From Caecitellus pseudoparvulus (lineage: Eukaryota; Protista; Bigyra: Bicosoecida), in assembly GCA_965644315.1 (NCBI GenBank), contig CBFFRQ010000174.1, forward strand, positions 1 to 15,257: a DNA stretch of 15,257 nucleotides, in the 5' to 3' direction. The notes beneath the pieces are model-generated. The model was given only the letters and a program-made list of their open reading frames with translations, was not told the origin of the DNA and ran no database searches. Made by a program: the position numbers and the translations under genes. This document shows, piece by piece, positions 10,601-15,257 of the stretch (within the stretch, counting starts at the first letter, position 1; each line of letters starts with the position of its first letter).

Positions 10601-13600
10601 CGGCCTTCGCTACTGCTTGCAGATCCGGGCCGTGAACAACGTCGGCAACCCATCTGCCCTGCTAGAGTCGGATGGTGTGATGGTAGACACGAGCCCGCCT
10701 GTGGCAGGACCAGTGTGGAACACCCTCACTACGTTCGTGGATGCGCCGTACCAAAGCCACAAGGACAACGTCAGCGCCAGCTGGCAGTGGACGGCGGCGC
10801 CGGCCTTCAGCGCGTGGGTGGATGAGGAGTCAGGGCTGACTTCCTTTGCCTGCTGTGTTGGGACCAGTGCAGACACTTGTGACGTGGCGCCATTCAGCAG
10901 CGTCGGCCTCGCGACCTCCTGCACTGTCCCTGCTGCGCTTGTGAACGCGGAGAAGTACTACGTCAGGGTGCGCATGACGAACGGCGCGGGGCTGAGCTCT
11001 GTGGCCCCTGCGGCAGGCGTGGTAGTGGACAGCACCGGCGCAGTGCAGGTGGATGGACGAGGCGTGCTTGTGGAGCCGGAGCCTTCCCCTGTGCTGGCCA
11101 CGTACACCAGCTCGGACAAGCACTTGGAAGTTGAGTGGAGTGTACTGTCAAACACCCTGGCGCCACCTGGGGAAACCTGGACCAGCACGGGGGACACTGA
11201 GAACGGCACAGCTGTGCCGCACTTCACCTTCCAGTGGGCCCTGGGCACTGCTGCGGGCGTTGGAGATGTGAAGGCGCTGACTGATGTGGGCACAGCCACA
11301 CATGCTAGTGTGTATGGCCTGACCCTCACGCCTGGGATGCAGTACACTGCGACCGTGGTTGCTCGGGCTGGCACAGCCACTCGTGTGCACTACGCCCACT
11401 TCACGCCTGACGTGACGGCATCTGCCCCCTCCAACGTTTCCATCTCCCACGCCATCAACTTGGCTGCTTCAGGGTTGCCTGAAGTCTTGTACGTGGCGTC
11501 ACTGAACACCATGGCCGCGACGTGGGGCGCCTTTGAAGATGCTGAATCAGACGCAGCCTTGACAACCTACACAGCTGCGCTTGGAACGCGGCCGTACGGC
11601 CAGCAAGTGCGCGTGTTTGAAGACCTGCAGCACTCGCGCAATGTGACCTTCTCAGATTTGGAACTGGTGCAAGGGCAGGAGTACCACCTCTCCCTTGTGG
11701 GGCTGAACGCAGCCGGACACGCCAGCACGACGGTGTCCAGGATCGTCATCCCTGATGTCACACCGCCTCTCCCAGGCAGTGTCTGGGACGGCGAGAGCAG
11801 TGACTTGACATTCACCAGCACCAGTACTGCATATGCCTGCTCCTGGAGCGGCTTCCGAGATGACGTGTCCCCCATCGCGCACTACTCCATCGTGCTGAAG
11901 CTGGGCTCCAGCGAGGGCGCAGCTGCCGCTGGGCCAGCGCACGTCCCAGTCTCCAGCCCCACCACACACACCTTCACCTTCCCCCCAGGCAGTGAATTGC
12001 TCAATCAGCAGCGCTACACGTGCTCTGTGACGGCTGTGAACGCTGCGGGGCTGAGAACCACGGTGCACTCGAACGGCGCCGCCGTCATCACGAGCGGTCC
12101 CACAGGCGGCACGGTGTGGGACTCACCACATCCAGGAGTGGACGATGCGTTCACGCCTGACTGCTCCCTTGTGCAGGCGTCATGGGGTGACTTCTTTGAC
12201 GCAGCAGGCGTGAGCAAGTACGAGTGGTGTGCGGGGGACGCCCCTGGGCAGTGTGACATCGTGCCTCGCAGCTCGGTCGGGCGCCGCACCTTCGCACAGG
12301 CTCGCAAGTTGACACTGCAGCCAGGCCAGGCTGTATTCGCCACAGTGTGGGCCACAAACGCGGCTGGCCTCGTGACGGAGGTGTCGTCTGACGGCATCGT
12401 CTGTGACGACAGCGAGCCTGACGTGGCTCATGACATCCGCCTGCAGAGTGCGCTGCTCGGCATCGTCCCTGTGAGCTCTGACCGCACAACGTGCGGATGT
12501 GTTCAGGAGCATGCTGTGTTTGTCCCCGACTTCACCGCAGGTGGAGGCATGTGTGTGTGCGAGACAGGGTACGAGCTGAACGCCGTGACGGGTGCTTGCG
12601 AGCCGTGTGCTGGTGCTTGCAGTGCTGGCCCAAGCGTGCCGCCTCCGCCCACTGCGCCTGGGACATGTGCTCCAGGCACCTTCAGCCACAGCGGCAGCTG
12701 CACGCCTTGTCCTGCAGGCACCTTCAAGGCCGGCACAGGGGACTCCCTCAGTCTCTGTTTGCCCTGCTCTGTGCCTGGGCGAGGCGTCAGTCCAGCCCTG
12801 GCACTGAACGTGACGGCTGCTTCCGACAGCCAAGCGGCCCTTGCGACCATGCTGCACGCCATGGGCTCCAGTCTTGGCGGGCAGCAGGTGCTGCGGGCAG
12901 ACGGCTCCGCGGTGGTCTTGGCCCCTGGCGCAGACGTGAGCAGCATTCCCCTCCTTGTGCCTGGGCTCGGAGCCCTGCAGCACGGCCAGCGTGGCTACTC
13001 TGGAGTTGCACTGGGCAACTCCGCTGGTCGCGTGTCCAGCATTGCCATGATTGCTCCTGCTGTGGATGCCACTCCACCCAAGGTGCAGGCGGTGTGGGAC
13101 GTGGCAGGGCTGGCGCCAGGTCCCCTTGCACAGCGTGTGTCTGCCACGGCAGATGCGCAGCTCGTGGCTGGTGGCACCGCGACCATGGCTTGGCTGCGTG
13201 CACGAGACGCCGAGAGCGACATCGTGCAAGTGCAGTGTGGCTGGGGCAGCACGCCTGGTGCAGCTGACATTGTGCCTCTCTCTGATGCGAATGTTGAGGG
13301 GGGCGTTAGCGCGGGGAACTGCTCGGCGGCACTGCCCAGCGGCACGTCTGGGTGGGTGTACGGCTTGCTGCGACTGGTGAGCAGTGCGGGGCTGGTGACA
13401 GACACGGCAACAAGCGGCTTCGTCATCGCAGGTGCTGGGCCGGCCCACATTGCTGTTCGCACGGGAGCCCAGTGTGCCGCTCGACTGGGCGGTGTGGCTG
13501 GCTTGCCCAGCGAAGCCTGGAGCGGTGGAACCCAGGCAGTGTGGGGCTGCTGGCTGGTGTACGACGCTGAGGCCGCGACGGCGTCCACTGCTCTGAGCCA

Positions 13601-15257
13601 CTCTGTGGGCTTGTGGGACGTGCAGGCATCGCAGTGGCTGGCGCCGCTGCGCAGTGTGGGCTCTGCCACGAGTGCCCAGTGGAGCTTGGCCTGTTCAGGC
13701 GACGAGCTATGCCTCAGCAAACCGCTTGCGCCAGGTACAAGATACGAAGTTGTGGTCCACAGCGCCAATGCGGCTGGCAGTATGTCGGAAGGCCGCAGCG
13801 GCGTCGTGCAGGTGGCAGCGGATGAAGCTGGGGTTGCCGTGGAGGTTGTGGATGCTGCACAGCAGAGCATGCGCTTCAGCGCTGATGTGACGCACGTGCG
13901 ATTCACTTGGACTGTCACCTCCAGCTCGCCTCTGCAGTCAGCATTTGCCACGCTGGGCCACATTGCAGGCGCCACGTCACAGGCACTTGGTGAAGGCATT
14001 GCCCTGGACGCAGCAACTTGGAACACCTCCAACCCCAGTCCAGGCGTGTACGTGACTCGTGGCACTGCTGCATTTGCAGGCCTGGAGCTACAACACGGCA
14101 TGGCGGTAGTGGTGAGCGTGCAGGCGCAGACTGAGGATGGCCGCCGTGCCGTGGGCGCTTCCCTGCCCGTGTTCATGGATGCGCCGTGGTCTCCGCCAGC
14201 CTGGTCCGGCGCTGTGGCGATGCTGGATGGGGCCTGGTTCGGCACGGCTTCGCTGCATGCGGGCTCGGCTGCCGAGGCTGTGGCACTTGCTGGAGCTGCA
14301 GTGGGCGGGATGGACCGGGTTGTTGCTGCCGCACTGTCGCCTGACCTGGCCAGCAAAGACTCGAACGCGTCGTGTGGAGCACAGCTGCAGAGCCACCTCG
14401 TGGTTGGGGATTCAAGCGCAGGCGTGTCCTTGCGCCTGCCAGTGCCCACGGATGACATCAGTGACATCACCGCGCACGAGGTTGCGCTCATCCACGGTCC
14501 GTTGTTGGATGGCTCGTGTGACGGTGGGAGCTTCTCCTCCCCGCAATGGCACGCTGCTGGCGAGGCTGACTTCGTGCAGCTCAGCGCGGATGCCACCTTC
14601 TTGACGCTGCCTGCCTCAGCCTTGGATGGGCGCGTGGCTGTGTTGCTCATGCGAGCAGTGAACGGCGCCGGGCAGCAGTCAGTGTACACATCGCCACTGC
14701 TCGTCTTGGACGGCGATGATGCACGTGTGCGTGACCAATCCCCACAGCCTGACGCGCCGTCCATCCCAGTGCCGGTTGTCAGTGCCACCTGGGCACCCCC
14801 AGTGCAGCGCTGGGTGCAGAGTGGCTCACGGGATATTGCCTTCCGCCTGCCACTGGTTTCGGCTGTGTCTGTGCCGCTGCAAGGCATGGCGTGGACGCTG
14901 CTCGCTGTGTCACCTGCGGGAGACGAAGTGGTGGCGCAAGGGTCCGTGGCATCGCACGAACTGCTACAAGTGGCTTCCGCCTCGGAAGGACTGCTGCAGA
15001 GCGTGCCTCTGGATGCCGCTTTGGCAGCTGCACAAGGCTTCCGAGTTCAAGTCGTGGTGAGCAAGGCGGGAGGCGGGCTCCTGCAGCTGTCCTCCCCCAC
15101 TGTGCGCCTCGTGCGCTCACACCCACTGCCTGGCACACTGGCCCTGCTCCCAGATGCGGAAGCATGTGGCACCACTACTGCTGCCTCCGTGTCAGCTGCC
15201 GCACTGCAGGAAGCTCTGCCGTGGACCCGCACCTTCCGCGTGTCTTCGCTCGCCGCG
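1213..15257 (+). CDS. Giant secreted/cell-surface multidomain protein (8 C-type lectin-like, 2 ALK/LTK-type Gly-rich, Cys-rich, ~17 FN3-like repeats); join(1213..1688,1759..2000,2065..>15257), >=4637 aa, 3'-partial
   Basis: Splicing out two canonical introns joins the 165-aa ORF (1213), the 1781 ORF frame and a frame (codons starting at multiples of 3) that is open from after TAG 2010-2012 to the window end. The junctions read ...AIPFG-W-QVPSYSEMPMT... and ...PVPSRT-P-TRTPTPT..., and they complete a lectin domain. Recognisable extracellular domains run throughout. The ORF track lists no ORF in this frame after 1100, consistent with no stop. The start could also be ATG 1225 or 1228. Confidence 0.9.
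1324..1371 (+). other. Signal-peptide h/c region (LLALAVLALALASCEA|S) after a long basic n-region
   Basis: 12 consecutive hydrophobic residues, then a small-x-small (C-E-A) cleavage motif just before the first lectin cysteine. Confidence 0.75.
1689..1758 (+). other. Spliceosomal intron 1 (70 nt, phase 2)
   Basis: Donor GTACGT, branch-like CTGAT at 1744-1748, acceptor GACAG. Contains an in-frame TAG (1708-1710). Removal restores the frame and a Trp codon. Confidence 0.85.
1759..2000 (+). CDS. Exon 2: C-terminal half of C-type lectin-like domain 1
   Basis: Encodes ...SQCIVF...RLTNHGCGNAHHGLCMKP, supplying the C...C-x7-C pattern that ends a CTLD. Confidence 0.85.
2001..2064 (+). other. Spliceosomal intron 2 (64 nt, phase 1)
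   Basis: Donor GTAAGG, branch-like CTGAT at 2053-2057, acceptor CGCAG. Stops occur in all three frames (TAA 2002, TAG 2010, TGA 2039). Removal joins PSRT to PTRTPTP seamlessly. Confidence 0.85.
2065..15257 (+). CDS. Exon 3: >13.1 kb uninterrupted coding exon (~4,398 codons), runs off the window
   Basis: No stop found on hand translation of the frame starting at ACT 2067 through GCG 15255-15257. The protein domains are continuous. Small in-frame, stop-free introns cannot be fully excluded. Confidence 0.92.
2073..2180 (+). repeat. 18-nt coding tandem repeat encoding a mucin-like (TP[S/T]P[S/T]R)n linker
   Basis: ACCCCATCTCCCTCCCGC occurs twice exactly (2091-2126), followed by two synonymous variants (2127-2162), giving TPSPSR x4. 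Flanked by TPTPTR (2073) and TPTPTV (2163). Confidence 0.9.
2232..4028 (+). other. Four tandem C-type lectin-like domains (2232-2663, 2676-3116, 3132-3557, 3570-4028)
   Basis: Each starts CPx(G/R)x (CPPGF, CPARW, CPDGD, CPPGW). Each has a WIGL-like motif (FWLNA, VAVGA, VWTGG, AWVGV), a WxDG-like motif (WVSG, WEWLDD, HWRDG, FEWEDG) and a terminal (A/I)C (ACAY, FACV, TACE, FICE). Confidence 0.85.
4080..5984 (+). other. Two tandem glycine-rich domains of the ALK/LTK GRD / Gly_rich type (~4080-5003 and ~5043-5984)
   Basis: Copy 1: FTVPAGVHFILIKARGAGGG..GGAGAYASG..VKGGDEFIVEVG..GGQRS..LLVAGGGGGGG..GGGGHMGGG..GGGGGGTSF..GHVMI. Copy 2: VTSPVGALAADVRLYGAGG..GGPGGFFYG..LAFEVG..GGGRT..IAVVGGGGGG..GGDGFYGGG..GGGGGAGF..GAVDV. 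The motif order is that of the polyglycine-II bundle domain. Confidence 0.8.
5988..6734 (+). other. Cysteine-rich block with Dictyostelium CTDC-like repeats and a disintegrin-like C-terminal loop
   Basis: CNDDLACTFRDNCTSNGLCQG (6174), CDDTDACSYDDQCVSGICTGTPYTC (6504), CDIGGTLYAHGEVNPAQPECQYCD, and CNQGRVSECRLAPTCDGTRATCP (6666-6734). Confidence 0.7.
7020..8363 (+). other. Three tandem C-type lectin-like domains (7020-7454, 7470-7937, 7953-8363)
   Basis: CPGGY..SWAAAQASCAAEGGWLAS..CWLGM..PFLCE; CPPGF..ARAGCESVGG..CWLGL..PAMCE; CPAGH..CWTGLSD..DCAAM..MDC..AVC. Confidence 0.85.
8664..15257 (+). repeat. Array of ~110-170 aa fibronectin type III-like beta-sandwich repeats (one half repeat, 16 complete, and the start of another)
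   Basis: Recurring consensus GxVxD...W.xF.D.ES.I..Y...GT..G..D[VI]...L..G..YY..V.A.N.AGL....SDG..[VF]D.TPP. Repeat ends at about 8774, 9188, 9557, 9980, 10346, 10700, 11042, 11423, 11768, 12101, 12419, 13079, 13442, 13829, 14195, 14723, 15125. Visible only at the protein level. Confidence 0.8.
12492..12767 (+). other. Ephrin-receptor-like / GCC2-GCC3 (TNFR-like) Cys-rich module
   Basis: CVCETGYELNAVTGACEPC followed by CAPGTFSHSGSCTPCPAGTFKAGTGDSLSLCLPC, matching the C.PG.F..CxxCPxGTF/YK..G...C..C pattern. Confidence 0.75.

Noticed and set aside
12180-14887. Long antisense ORFs (473 aa at 12180..13601 and 630 aa at 12995..14887)
   Set aside because: These are shadow frames of a GC-rich coding exon in which stops are rare. 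The translations are low-information, while the sense frame carries clear domain repeats.
2057-15232. Dozens of other short ORFs on both strands in the track
   Set aside because: All overlap exon 3 in alternative frames and show no independent protein features.
1-15257. CRISPR array, transposon, or tRNA-associated integration site
   Set aside because: I saw no repeat-spacer array, terminal repeats, transposase/integrase/RT motifs or duplicated tRNA 3' end.

Overview
Eukaryotic (probably protist) nuclear DNA with two divergently oriented genes. (1) A minus-strand, intronless tRNA-Ile(AAT) at 94->22 with a T6 RNA Pol III terminator. (2) One giant plus-strand protein-coding gene that the ORF track misses because its main frame has no stop before the window ends. 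Predicted structure: join(1213..1688, 1759..2000, 2065..>15257), with two short GT-AG introns (70 and 64 nt) and a >13 kb third exon, giving >=4,637 aa, incomplete at the 3' end. My hand translation gives a secreted or cell-surface mosaic protein, in this order: signal peptide; C-type lectin-like domain (CTLD); (TPSPSR)n mucin-like linker; 4 CTLDs; 2 ALK/LTK-type glycine-rich domains; Cys-rich block (Dictyostelium-CTDC-like repeats plus a disintegrin-like loop); 3 more CTLDs apparently nested inside a split FN3-like repeat; about 16 further FN3-like repeats, one carrying an Eph/GCC2-GCC3-like Cys-rich insert. Nearly all other track ORFs are shadow frames of this GC-rich CDS. Domain calls come from motif recognition by eye, not database searches. 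The C-terminus (anchor or signalling domain) lies outside the window.
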